A DNA stretch of 64,000 nucleotides from positions 1 through 64,000 of the forward strand of contig JBALDB010000048.1 in the NCBI GenBank assembly GCA_036918135.1, given 5' to 3'. A program made the position numbers and the translations under genes. This DNA is from Nostoc sp. (GTDB lineage: Bacteria > Cyanobacteriota > Cyanobacteriia > Cyanobacteriales > Nostocaceae). Shown in pieces: positions 52,413 to 62,316 of the stretch (the stretch's first letter is position 1; every line of letters starts with the position of its first letter). The notes under the pieces were generated by a model, which was not told the DNA's origin, searched no databases, and saw nothing but the letters and a program-made list of their open reading frames with translations.

Positions 52413-52820
52413 CTATAGAATTGCTTGAAGGTCGAGAAGTAAATTTGGAATTCCGGCAATACCCGTACTTGCAGCACTCAAAACACTACCAAAAAAGGTA
52501 ATAACTTTACTAAAAAAAGCTATAGAATGATTGTAATCTTGAATCTGCTCAATAACCTTTTTTAATTTATCTTCAACACTGGCAATTTTACTTTGAAATG
52601 CTGCCATTGGTAAAACAATTCCGTCGAATATTTTAAGCGTTAAATCTTTAGCTTGTCTGCGAAGTGGTATTTCATATTGTTCGCCAATATTAAGATATTC
52701 CTTTTTACTTATTACCCCATCTGCTAATAGTTGGCTACGTCTTGCTAAAGATAAATCGACAATTTGATAAATTATTGTCCGACAACATTCAAAATCAGTA
52801 ACATCAGGCTTAGATGTCAT
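52413..52820 (-). CDS. Hypothetical helical protein (paralogue of upstream gene) with hydrophobic C-terminus
   Basis: AAGGAG RBS; ISKKEY..I...EIPL motif; C-terminal FFSKVITFFGSVLSAASTGIAGIPNLL. Confidence 0.8.
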   Translation of the reverse strand: MTSKPDVTDFECCRTIIYQIVDLSLARRSQLLADGVISKKEYLNIGEQYEIPLRRQAKDLTLKIFDGIVLPMAAFQSKIASVEDKLKKVIEQIQDYNHSIAFFSKVITFFGSVLSAASTGIAGIPNLLLDLQAIL

Positions 52821-52899
52821 ATTTTACTCCTTTGTAATAAATAGATAACAATCAGCGACTCAAAAAATCAATTGTTTAATTCATCTATTAGTTCACTTG

Positions 52900-53310
52900 T
52901 TAATAGTGATTGCAAATAGATGCAATATTATCAAGTACCTTGAAAGTATCTAGATATGTACCTTCAGTACTGATAAAATCATCAAAAAAATTCAATAATC
53001 TCCTAGATATTGCACTCAGTGTAGAAAAATCTTCACAATTGTCAATAACACTTTGAATTTTTTGAGTGACTATTTTAATTTCTTCTTGATAACTTGTTAC
53101 TGGACTTAAAATCTCTCGGTCAATTACAATCGCTATTTTGTCAGCAATTATAAATAGGGGTATTTCAATATCATCAAATATTTGATTGAATTCTTCTTTG
53201 CTGACATTTGTTTGAAATAAAAGCTTTGCACTTGTTTGTTGTACAAAAAGAATAGTTTGTAGAACTAAGTTACGACTGATTATTAAGTTATTACAATCTT
53301 GAATCATCAT
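52900..53310 (-). CDS. Hypothetical helical protein
   Basis: GGGAG RBS before ATG 53310 gives 136 aa; VSKEEF..I...EIPL motif. Confidence 0.75.
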   Translation of the reverse strand: MMIQDCNNLIISRNLVLQTILFVQQTSAKLLFQTNVSKEEFNQIFDDIEIPLFIIADKIAIVIDREILSPVTSYQEEIKIVTQKIQSVIDNCEDFSTLSAISRRLLNFFDDFISTEGTYLDTFKVLDNIASICNHY

Positions 53311-53356
53311 TATTTCACTCCCTGGAAGAATTAGTATTTGATATTTTGACGTTTGA

Positions 53357-54424
53357 TTACTCAATTTTTTCAAGCAATGGTTTTATAACTTTCAGATGTT
53401 TGACGATAATTGCTTGAACTCTTTGCATTGTTTCTGGTTTAATTTCCTGATGTCCCTTGTCTACAGTTTTGGTTTGAGATGGCTTGAATAATTCTTGACA
53501 GTAGTTGTCAAAATTTTCACCTGTTAGGGGAATATCATCATCTTTAGCCAATTCTTGTTTGAGGGATGCGTGTAACGATGCTAAATTCCTCAAAATTGCA
53601 CTATACGTTTGAGCTTTTTGCTTGCGATCGCGTACTAAGTCCATCGCATTGTTGTACTTTTCCTCCAAGGCCATGAAATCTAAAGGATTTTTCTTCAAAT
53701 CGTCTCCAAAGAGAGCAATATATTCGCTAAAGTAAGTACGAATACTGATTTCTTCTTCAGCTAGCAGTCCATTGACGTAAACTTTGTTGGCGATCGCGAT
53801 TAGTCCGCCTGGTTCGGGTTGTCCTGCAACTGCACCTTTACCCTTGATATAAGCTTGAATATCGCTATCTGTGCATAAAATTGCTTGCTTTAACTTGTTG
53901 CGGCGCATTTCCTTTGTAAATAAGTTAGTCAAAAATTTAGCGATCGCAACTCCAGCCTGTACCTCTTCTGGTTTAAACACAGCTTGTGGTGCTGTCCGAG
54001 ATGAGGAGAACTTAAGATTAGTCAGCGAATCCCCAAGATTTTTGTAACTTTCGTCAAAGGAAATAGGTTTTCCTTTCTCGCTTTCTCCTTTAGCAACAAG
54101 AATAAGAGCATTCATGTAATCAATCAAAACCTGATTTGCATCCCCCATCACCAAAGATATTTGCTGATAATTCTCATTACAGAATTTTTCTTCTGGTTGT
54201 CGCTCGCTTAATATAGTAGGCGAACCTGGCGTTCCGAAGAATTTAGTTGCTCTAATACATGAACCATACATATCTGTTGAGATATCTTTAGCAGCAACAT
54301 CTAAGTTTTCAACTGCCTGATTAACATTTTCCAATGAAGGAATATCGCGTCCACAACTAGACATTAAAAGCCAAAGTGCTAACAATGTTAGAGTTTTATG
54401 AGATTTAGAAAAATTATGTTTCAA
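53357..54424 (-). CDS. Helical / coiled-coil lipoprotein
   Basis: Basic N-region, hydrophobic stretch, lipobox-like LMSS-C; TTG start with AAGGA RBS. Confidence 0.8.
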   Translation of the reverse strand: MKHNFSKSHKTLTLLALWLLMSSCGRDIPSLENVNQAVENLDVAAKDISTDMYGSCIRATKFFGTPGSPTILSERQPEEKFCNENYQQISLVMGDANQVLIDYMNALILVAKGESEKGKPISFDESYKNLGDSLTNLKFSSSRTAPQAVFKPEEVQAGVAIAKFLTNLFTKEMRRNKLKQAILCTDSDIQAYIKGKGAVAGQPEPGGLIAIANKVYVNGLLAEEEISIRTYFSEYIALFGDDLKKNPLDFMALEEKYNNAMDLVRDRKQKAQTYSAILRNLASLHASLKQELAKDDDIPLTGENFDNYCQELFKPSQTKTVDKGHQEIKPETMQRVQAIIVKHLKVIKPLLEKIE

Positions 54425-54507
54425 TTAACAAGTTCCTTCGCCTGCGAATATAACTAACTCATCTGGATTAAGCTAAATAATTAAGTTAATCCAGATGCTT
54501 TTATGTA

Positions 54508-56070
54508 TTAAAAGATTCTAATGAATCCGGCTACATCTACTATTTCTCTTGTAAAGTTGCCACTACGGTTTCCCCTATTACCTTCAGATGTTTGAATAGT
54601 AGAACTTCCGGGAGTGTATCCTCTGACAATACCTATGTGATCGAGTTGTGAATTATTTCTTTGCCAATCGAAAACAGCTATATCTCCACGCTGAGGAACT
54701 ATACTTCCTTTAAGATTCCAGTAACCATTCTTTTTAGCCCAGAATTTCCAAGACTCGACTAAAGCCATTGTTGCCCAAAAACCTTGCGGTTGGATCGGGA
54801 CATTTATATTAGTTTTTCGACAACAGAAATGAACAAAAGCAGCACACCAATCATAAAGAACTGGATTTAATGTACTAATTTGACGTACACCTTGTCGATC
54901 CACGATATCAAACATTGGTTTCCGAAAAGTCTCAAGATACTTTTCAGCTTCAGAACTTCCACCTGTCCATTGAAGCTGTTTAGCAGCTTCATTTTCGGCA
55001 AAACTAGCTAGTTTAATTCGGGGATTTTCTGGTGCAATAACAACAATATTATCGTCAAAACTATTGCTTAATTCTTTCCAAGTTTGAGTATAAACCTCTC
55101 CATCAACTGTAATACCTGCTTTAGTTTGGAAAGCTCTAACAGCATTTTCTGTAATAGTGCCAAAATCTCCATCAACATCTCCAACATTAAATCCTAGAGT
55201 ATTAAGAACTTTTTGTAATGCCTCAACATCTTTTCCTTTAGTACCTTGACGTAAAATACGAGTCAAAGGTGGTAAATCAAAATCAGTAGGTTGACTTCCT
55301 CCAGTATTGACTAAAGGTTGACTGTTATAAATTAAATTCCAAGCCTGACTGTGTTCTAATGTTCCATTTCTCAATTCAGGTAAACGATAGATTGAAGAAC
55401 CAGGAAAACGATTGAGATAAGATTGAAGTTCTGAAGCACTAGCAGGATTTTTTGAGTCTGTTTCTGAACCCCAAATTGGTAATATAGGTTTAGTTAATCC
55501 TTTATCTTTATGGGCTTTCAGACACTCTTGAACTTCTTCTTCATTAGTGGCTTTAAAGCCAAATTTTTCAAAGTAAATTTGAGGTAAGGCAATATCGCAA
55601 AAATCATCTAAAATTTTCCAAGGAACTTCAGGATGAAAACCTGGATGACCAAAACTGGTATATCCTAATGTTCCTGTTGGCACTAAAGGACGAAGCCCTA
55701 TAAGTAAGTCTTTAATATTATTATGTGTACTAGCTGCTTTGACTTCCTCTTCAACATCAAGTACATAGCCATCCAATCCACATTTTAGAGCTTGCTTAAC
55801 TGCTTGTATTTGTTCACTAATATCATCAGTTCCATAGTGATAACCCCATCCGTAAACTTGAATATCGTTGTCTTGAAACTGTTTAATAACTTCTAAAGTA
55901 CATTGGTCGCCTCCAAAAGTTGGGTTTTTAGCCCAAAACATAACTCTACTTTTGCCATCAAATACTTTGAGATATACTCGTTTGACTTTGCACTCAATTA
56001 ATCTGTTTAAATAATTACTACTTAATGCTGGAAGATTCCAAATCCAGACTCCATGAGGATGTTCAGCCAT
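54508..56070 (-). CDS. Modular peptidoglycan hydrolase: glycoside-hydrolase-like barrel + PG-binding + CHAP
   Basis: GVWIW...YLKVFDG...YGWGY...VLDVEEE...PQIY; LRQGTKGKDVEALQ..L...DGDFG..TENAVRAFQ; WCAAFV...GDIAVF...HIGIV...EGN; no signal peptide. Confidence 0.85.
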   Translation of the reverse strand: MAEHPHGVWIWNLPALSSNYLNRLIECKVKRVYLKVFDGKSRVMFWAKNPTFGGDQCTLEVIKQFQDNDIQVYGWGYHYGTDDISEQIQAVKQALKCGLDGYVLDVEEEVKAASTHNNIKDLLIGLRPLVPTGTLGYTSFGHPGFHPEVPWKILDDFCDIALPQIYFEKFGFKATNEEEVQECLKAHKDKGLTKPILPIWGSETDSKNPASASELQSYLNRFPGSSIYRLPELRNGTLEHSQAWNLIYNSQPLVNTGGSQPTDFDLPPLTRILRQGTKGKDVEALQKVLNTLGFNVGDVDGDFGTITENAVRAFQTKAGITVDGEVYTQTWKELSNSFDDNIVVIAPENPRIKLASFAENEAAKQLQWTGGSSEAEKYLETFRKPMFDIVDRQGVRQISTLNPVLYDWCAAFVHFCCRKTNINVPIQPQGFWATMALVESWKFWAKKNGYWNLKGSIVPQRGDIAVFDWQRNNSQLDHIGIVRGYTPGSSTIQTSEGNRGNRSGNFTREIVDVAGFIRIF

Positions 56071-56218
56071 ATTTACCTTCTTTATGTAATTAGGTTATAA
56101 ATCTTGGATAATGCTTGATTTGCTAGCGATCGCCTGACTGCACTCGTTTAATTATTGTGCAGACTTCTTGCTAGAACTACTTATATAAATACTCTAGTGC
56201 CTAATATCAAGTTTGACG

Positions 56219-56245
56219 GTCGGAAAAGGTCGGAAAAAAGTCGGA
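56219..56245. promoter_or_regulatory. Triple GTCGGA direct repeat, putative regulator site
   Basis: GTCGGA at 56219, 56229 and 56240 (10-11 bp period) upstream of the hydrolase operon. Confidence 0.45.
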
Positions 56246-56592
56246 TATTGTTAATGTATTTATAGACATTAAGCTTTTATCGATGATAAAAACATATACA
56301 AATCTCTTATCCGGAATCACCTAATGCCCGTTAATAACATCATTAGTCACTACGATCGACCCAAAAAATAAAACTGCGTAGGTTGGGAAAACCCCCTGTC
56401 TTTGCAGTGACTCCCCAACCTACATCAGTTTTAGTTTTTGTTCTTAACTGAACTGTATTGTTATCTGTGTGTAAATTTATAAATTACGAATAATATCATG
56501 CTCGGATATTATACTTGTGATTGCGCTCGCAATAACGTTTTATAAGTCCTCAACCGAACATAATATTATTCAACCAGGATAGTTATCTTAAT

Positions 56593-57672
56593 CTACTTGC
56601 TGACGCTAGCGAAACCAGCCCGCTCAATTGCTTTTTGCCCCTCGGCAGTTAATAAAAGTTTGGCGTAGGCATCCCCAATTTTCTGTTCTCGACCTTTATT
56701 CTGCTTAATAATCACAAACAAGTCAGTAGTAATTGGATATTTACGATTTTTAATATCCTCAGTATTTACTTGATTGCGCTGACTTAAGCAATTCTCAGGT
56801 GACGCCGAAGAGCTGCGGTAGGGGGAAATTAGCTTACCAGAAGTGAGACCTAATGGCAAAGCTTTTACAGTACACTGAGGTACTACTGAACGGGCAGAAG
56901 CGTAATAAACGCCACCAGGGGTTTTACTGAGTTGGCGTACCGCTTCTGTAGTAGAGTAGACATACTGTACATCTGAGCTAAGCGCTTGCCCTTTTAAGTT
57001 ATTATTGCTAGAGAATATTACTGTATCTGCGTTTTGTGCTCGTTGTGAGAAAGGTATAATAGGTAGATCTGGCCCGCCTACTTGCCGCCAGTTAGTAATT
57101 TGCCCAGTATAAATCTGCTGCAATTGGTTAACAGTTAAACTCGGCACATTCAGTGATGGGTTGACTACCACTGCTATTCCATCAATACCTACCTGACGTT
57201 GCTCAAGGGTGAAGCCTCGTTCTTTTGCCATCGCTTGTTCTTCATCTGTAAGCGGACGAGAAGACTGAGCAAAGTCGAGTTGTCCATCAAGCAACATCCG
57301 AATACCTGAGCTAGAACTAGGGCTATCCTTAATAGGGTCTACGTAGCGTAATTTTAATTCAGGGCGATCGCTCTGGATCTGAGAATCTACTAATTGCCGG
57401 ATAGATGCCCAAGCTGTACTACCACCGTAGTTAAATGAGCCGGTAGGCACACCTGCAATTGTCTCAAAAGTTGATGCTCCAGTAGAGGGAGTCTTTAAAC
57501 TTTGCTCGGAGTAAGAGTCAGCATTCTTGCTGGCTGTTAAGTTTGGCCTCAGTAACCACCAAAGCAATCCGCCAATAACTATAATTGTCAGTACTTTACC
57601 AATAATCAAACCTCTAAGAAAGAGGCCAATTTCGCCGTTAATTAAAGCTCTTCTTTGATTTGTATTGTCCAT
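56593..57672 (-). CDS. PstS-like substrate-binding (PBP) domain protein with N-terminal anchor
   Basis: FNYGGSTAW, LDFAQSSRPL, DGIAVVVNP, IYTGQITNW.QVGGPD, YPI, EGQKAI..AGF. Confidence 0.88.
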   Translation of the reverse strand: MDNTNQRRALINGEIGLFLRGLIIGKVLTIIVIGGLLWWLLRPNLTASKNADSYSEQSLKTPSTGASTFETIAGVPTGSFNYGGSTAWASIRQLVDSQIQSDRPELKLRYVDPIKDSPSSSSGIRMLLDGQLDFAQSSRPLTDEEQAMAKERGFTLEQRQVGIDGIAVVVNPSLNVPSLTVNQLQQIYTGQITNWRQVGGPDLPIIPFSQRAQNADTVIFSSNNNLKGQALSSDVQYVYSTTEAVRQLSKTPGGVYYASARSVVPQCTVKALPLGLTSGKLISPYRSSSASPENCLSQRNQVNTEDIKNRKYPITTDLFVIIKQNKGREQKIGDAYAKLLLTAEGQKAIERAGFASVSK

Positions 57673-57933
57673 ATCTTTAACTTTTGTTTAGTAATTGTAT
57701 TTATACTACAGTAATTTCTAGGTATTTATCCTAGAAAAATCTCTTGATATTTAAGTTTTAAGTAAAGATTTAATCAATAAAGTAGAACGACGTGAAAAAA
57801 TCAAACTATGTAAAAGCAAATAAAATAGGTCAAAACCTTCTTCCCTTCTGCTTTCTGGCTCCTGTCTCCCGCTATATCTTAATAATAAATACTCACCCCG
57901 ACCTACTTAGTTAACAACCAGTTTTCAAATTGC

Positions 57934-58213
57934 TAAGAAGATGTTTGTAAAGTATACGATTATATCAGTATCCCCCTTGTCCCCTACACTCACGAGGGAA
58001 TAGGGGTTTTAAAGCCTCTCTTCGTTTCTCTGAGACATTTGAAGAGGGATTTTTAGTATACTTAATGACTTTCCAAACAACCTCTTACAAGTTCCTCCTT
58101 ATCGGAGGGATCTAGGTTTCAAATTTCAGTTAGTTACAAGTAATAACCTGCTCAAATGACTCCTTAATTTAAGGAATAATTAGGAGGAGCTAAACTTTTT
58201 AAAACATCTTCTA
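57934..58213. mobile_element. Degenerate compound MITE-like element
   Basis: TAAGAAGATGTTTGTAAAGT left end; inverted ends at 58068-58087 and ~58195-58213. Confidence 0.5.
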
Positions 58214-58232
58214 ATAGGTGGTTAACTGTTTG

Positions 58233-59486
58233 TTATATGGGGAAATTTAATTTGCTCTTTGGTAATCTTTTCAATGGTGCAATTGCTTTTATCGAGTCGC
58301 TTTTGGCTACTAAAGCATTCACATTAGTTAAGCTTGACCGATGGAAAATCTTTTCTATAATATTTTTTAATTCAGTAGGTTGATTTGGAAATGATATATT
58401 GGTATTAAGAAATGTATAAATTAAAATTAATACTATTAAACTAGTGCTAGCTCCAAGTCCGATACCTAGCAATAAAAGAAAGTTTCTATAAGTTCCCAAA
58501 TAGTTATTAACAGTTTTTTGGTTTATGCCAGCATTTGATGATTGTGACCAGACAAAATCGGAATTAAGTGCTTGCAGAACTTCCGTTGCTGACTGGTAAC
58601 GCTGGCTATGGCGATCGCAAATCATTTTGTCTAAAATATCTGCAAAAGCATCGCTAACCTGTGCTTGATGACGCCAGATAACTTCTCCGTTATTGGGATC
58701 TTCTTGTAGTTGGTCGGGTCTTAAGCCTGTGAGAGCTTGAATGCCAATCATACCCACTGCATAGATATCGCTGCAAAGTTTTGGCTTTCCCTTAGCCTGT
58801 TCGCTTGGCATATAACCAGGAGTTCCAACCACAACTGTTAAACTCGGTCCTAAACCACTAATTTTTTTAATACTGCCAAAGTCTATTAACACAATTTTGC
58901 CATCCGAGTGCCGCCGCATTAAATTTTGGGGCTTAATATCTCGGTGAATAATGTTATTTTCATGCACGAAGACTAACACTTCCAAGATGTCTTTTAATAA
59001 AATCAAGACTGCATTTTCACTTTGACATTGACCTGGGATAATTTCTTGAGTCAAGGGATGACCATCAATATATTCTTGGACTAAATAGAAATCCCGATTT
59101 TCATGAAAATGGGCAAATAGTCTCGGAATTTGATCGTGGTCGTTGCCTAGCTGATATAAAACTTCTGCTTCCCGGTCAAATAATTTTTTTGCAATCTTAC
59201 TAACATTAGGATTAGTGTCTTTTGGGTGGAAATGTTTGACAACACAATGGGGTCGCCCTGGTAAATCTAGGTCTCTGGCTAAGTAGGTATCCCCAGATCC
59301 TCCACTTCCCAACTGTTTGATTATCTCAAAGCGATTCCGAAGTATTTTTCTAATAATAGACTTTTGATATTTATTACGTATTGCACTTGCTAACAAGTAG
59401 TTTTTACCATCTTCTGAGCTTTCCAACACTTTTACAGTCTCAAAGCTACTCCTGAATGTTTTTTTGATCAGAGGGTTTTGGCTCAT
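58233..59486 (-). CDS. Hanks-type Ser/Thr protein kinase with C-terminal TM helix
   Basis: LGSGGSG, VVK, HRDIKPQN, IDFG, GTPGYMPSEQ, SDIYAVG. Confidence 0.95.
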   Translation of the reverse strand: MSQNPLIKKTFRSSFETVKVLESSEDGKNYLLASAIRNKYQKSIIRKILRNRFEIIKQLGSGGSGDTYLARDLDLPGRPHCVVKHFHPKDTNPNVSKIAKKLFDREAEVLYQLGNDHDQIPRLFAHFHENRDFYLVQEYIDGHPLTQEIIPGQCQSENAVLILLKDILEVLVFVHENNIIHRDIKPQNLMRRHSDGKIVLIDFGSIKKISGLGPSLTVVVGTPGYMPSEQAKGKPKLCSDIYAVGMIGIQALTGLRPDQLQEDPNNGEVIWRHQAQVSDAFADILDKMICDRHSQRYQSATEVLQALNSDFVWSQSSNAGINQKTVNNYLGTYRNFLLLLGIGLGASTSLIVLILIYTFLNTNISFPNQPTELKNIIEKIFHRSSLTNVNALVAKSDSIKAIAPLKRLPKSKLNFPI

Positions 59487-59685
59487 TTAGCATATACTAC
59501 GTGTAAAATTAGTACCAATTCAGAGCTTGAGTGAGAGGATGAATGCTTGCGGCTTGATTAGTTTATTTCACATCAATACTCACTTCTTCAGTAATTTTAG
59601 CAAAAAATAGCCAGAGAATATTTTTTTTTATTACTCCCTAAGAGAGAATACGACAACACAGATTAAGTGTTTGACTCAGTACTAA

Positions 59686-59713
59686 AAATAAAAAAGCCCC
59701 CATTAGGGGGTTT
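59686..59713 (-). terminator. Terminator of cox operon
   Basis: Minus strand CCCCC-TAAT-GGGGG followed by T run. Confidence 0.65.
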
Positions 59714-59755
59714 ATCAAGTTGTTCGCGTGGAGTGAACAACTAAGTAATTAATAC

Positions 59756-60382
59756 TCACAGTAAATACAGCAATCCGAACAAAATAATCCAAATTACATC
59801 AACAAAGTGCCAGTAAATTTCAGCAGCTTCGATACCGAAGTGTTTTTCGCTACTATAGTGACCTTTGATGCGCGATCGCCACAATACAGCAACAATCGCT
59901 AAAACGCCGATGGTTACGTGCAGTCCGTGGAAACCAGTCAAAACGTAAAATGCACTAGCAAATAAATTGGTAGTTAAACCAAATTCTAGATGTGTATATT
60001 CATATACTTGTCCTACTAAGAAAATAGCACCCATTGCAGCGGTAATTGCTAACCAAATTCGCGCACCTCGTGTATCGTTCTTTTTAATAGCAGTGTCAGC
60101 ATTGTGCATAACAAAACTACTAGCAATCAGATTGACGGTGTTAACTCCGGGTAGCAATAGTTCTAACTCTGGGGTACCTGCTGGCGGCCAAACAGTTAAG
60201 GTAGCACGGAAAGCCAGATAGGCTCCGAACAGCCCGATAAAAATCATCCCTTCAGCAATCAGGAAGACAATTAGCCCAAATAACCGATGATCTGGATGTT
60301 CTTCATGATGGCTGACGGCTGCTTCTGCTGCATGGTGATGATTTAGTTCAGTTTTAGCTGGGTCAATTGTTTGACTTTGCAT
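59756..60382 (-). CDS. coxC: Cytochrome c oxidase subunit III
   Basis: FLIAEGMIF, TGFHGLHV, YWHFVDVIW; start MQSQT at 60382. Confidence 0.96.
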   Translation of the reverse strand: MQSQTIDPAKTELNHHHAAEAAVSHHEEHPDHRLFGLIVFLIAEGMIFIGLFGAYLAFRATLTVWPPAGTPELELLLPGVNTVNLIASSFVMHNADTAIKKNDTRGARIWLAITAAMGAIFLVGQVYEYTHLEFGLTTNLFASAFYVLTGFHGLHVTIGVLAIVAVLWRSRIKGHYSSEKHFGIEAAEIYWHFVDVIWIILFGLLYLL

Positions 60383-60401
60383 GAATCTTGATAAATGTAG
60401 A

Positions 60402-60488
60402 GTGGGGAATTGGGATTTGGGATTTGGGATTGGGAATTGGGGATTGGAAAATAGTATTTTTAATCTGATTCCCCAGTCCCCAGTCCCT
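60402..60488. repeat. STRR array (GGGATTT / CCCAGTC)
   Basis: Heptamer tandem repeats between coxA and coxC. Confidence 0.85.
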
Positions 60489-62225
60489 TTATTTCCGGTC
60501 TTCAGGATTAGCAGCAACCGCTGGATCGGGTTCTGCTCTTAATACCGAGTTGGGCCCAGCAGACAAGATTGGATTAGGGTCAGATAAAGGTACACCTTCT
60601 TTAGCCTTTTCCAAGCCGTAGTCGTAGGGGCCTGTAACCAGTACTGGGGTTACTTCAAAATTTTCGATCGCTGGCGGTGAGGTAGTCATCCACTCTAAGG
60701 TTAGTGCCCTCCAGGGATTATTACCAGCTTTCTCTCCGTACAACCAACTCCAAATTGCATTAATGATGAAGGGAAATGTCGAGACTGCCAGGATATAAGC
60801 ACCATAGGTACATATTTCGTTGATAAATGCGAATTTGGGGTCATATTGGGCAACACGGCGGTTCATGCCCATCATTCCTAGCTTGTGCATAGGTAAGAAG
60901 GTCATGTTTAGACCGACGATCGTCAAGGCAAAGTGAACCTTACCCCAAAATTCATTTAGCATCCGTCCGGTCATTTTCGGGAACCAGTGGTAAATTGCTC
61001 CATAAATGCCGAGAACGCTACCACCAAATAGAACGTAGTGCAAGTGTGCGACTACAAAATAGGTATCGTGGACGTGAATATCAAAGGGAACTGCTGCCAA
61101 CATCACGCCACTGATTCCACCAATCACAAAGGTGCCAACAAAGCCCATTGCGAATAGCATGGCGGAGTTAAGTTGAATTTTTCCGCCCCACATGGTTGCC
61201 AACCAGCTAAATATTTTAATTCCAGTGGGTACGGCAATGATCATGGTGGTAATCATGAAGAACATCCGTAGCCAACCAGGGATACCACTGGTAAACATGT
61301 GGTGCGCCCAAACGATTAGCCCCAAAAAGCTGATGGCTAAGGAGGAGTAAGCGATCGCTTTATAACCAAAAATCGGCTTGCGGGAATGCACGGGGATAAT
61401 TTCTGAAATTGCCCCAAAAAAAGGCAAAATCATAATGTAAACTGCTGGGTGTGAGTAAAACCAGAACATATGCTGGTACACAACGGGATCGCCGCCCCCA
61501 GTGGGATTAAAAAATGTCGTCCCGGCAATTAAGTCAAAAGCTAGTAGAATTAGACCTGCTGCTAACACTGGCGTAGATACCAAAGTCAGTGCTGAAGTAG
61601 CCAGCATCGCCCAACAGAATAAGGGCAATTGATTGAAACCCAAACCTGGGATACGCATCCTCAGCATTGTGACCAGGAAATTGATTGCCCCCAAAATCGA
61701 TGATGTACCGAGTAGGAGGACACTCATAATCCAAATTCCCTCACCGACTTGACCTGTTACTAAGCTCAGGGGAGGGTAAGAAGTCCAACCGGCATCGGGT
61801 GCATCACCGACTAGTAAACTAGCAATCAGCAACAAACCAGAAGGCGGAATCATCCAAAAGGCAACAGCATTCAAGCGTGGGAATGCCATATCCTTTGCCC
61901 CAATCATCAAGGGGATTAAGAAGTTAGCAAAACCCGCACCAGCTGGCACAATCCACAAAAAAATCATGATTGTAGCGTGCAGCGTAAATAAGCTGTTGTA
62001 TACTTCCGGAGTAACAAAATCTACTTCTGGCGTTCGCAGTTCTGTACGAACTAAGTCAGCTAACACGCCGCCTATACAGTAGAAAATGAATGTTGTGACT
62101 AGGTATTGAATCGCAATTACCTTATGGTCGGTGTTGAACGTAAAGTAATCTTGCCATTTTCTCACTGGTGGTTCTTCACCATGAGCTGGGATATTGGCAG
62201 TTTCTTGCAGCTGAGCTTGTGTCAT
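60489..62225 (-). CDS. coxA: Cytochrome c oxidase subunit I
   Basis: DHKVI, GWTSYPPL, WFYSHPAVY, VWAHHMF, HDTYFVVAHLHY; start MTQAQ at 62225. Confidence 0.97.
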   Translation of the reverse strand: MTQAQLQETANIPAHGEEPPVRKWQDYFTFNTDHKVIAIQYLVTTFIFYCIGGVLADLVRTELRTPEVDFVTPEVYNSLFTLHATIMIFLWIVPAGAGFANFLIPLMIGAKDMAFPRLNAVAFWMIPPSGLLLIASLLVGDAPDAGWTSYPPLSLVTGQVGEGIWIMSVLLLGTSSILGAINFLVTMLRMRIPGLGFNQLPLFCWAMLATSALTLVSTPVLAAGLILLAFDLIAGTTFFNPTGGGDPVVYQHMFWFYSHPAVYIMILPFFGAISEIIPVHSRKPIFGYKAIAYSSLAISFLGLIVWAHHMFTSGIPGWLRMFFMITTMIIAVPTGIKIFSWLATMWGGKIQLNSAMLFAMGFVGTFVIGGISGVMLAAVPFDIHVHDTYFVVAHLHYVLFGGSVLGIYGAIYHWFPKMTGRMLNEFWGKVHFALTIVGLNMTFLPMHKLGMMGMNRRVAQYDPKFAFINEICTYGAYILAVSTFPFIINAIWSWLYGEKAGNNPWRALTLEWMTTSPPAIENFEVTPVLVTGPYDYGLEKAKEGVPLSDPNPILSAGPNSVLRAEPDPAVAANPEDRK

Positions 62226-62235
62226 AGGAGTTTGT

Positions 62236-62316
62236 TGTCTTTTGTCATTTGTCGTTTGTCCTTTATCATTTGTCATTTATTTAGACCAATGACTAATGAC
62301 CAATGACCAATGACTA
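62236..62316. repeat. STRR array (TTGTCAT / AATGACC)
   Basis: Heptamer repeats between coxB and coxA; similar arrays at 38259-38320 and 44606-44660. Confidence 0.85.

Noticed and set aside
52413..56070. Prophage lysis cassette
   Set aside because: No phage structural, replication or integration genes; proteins do not resemble canonical holins or spanins
60383..60517. N-terminal extension of CoxC in the ORF track (likewise CoxA 62226-62276)
   Set aside because: Translation of STRR heptamers upstream of the real start
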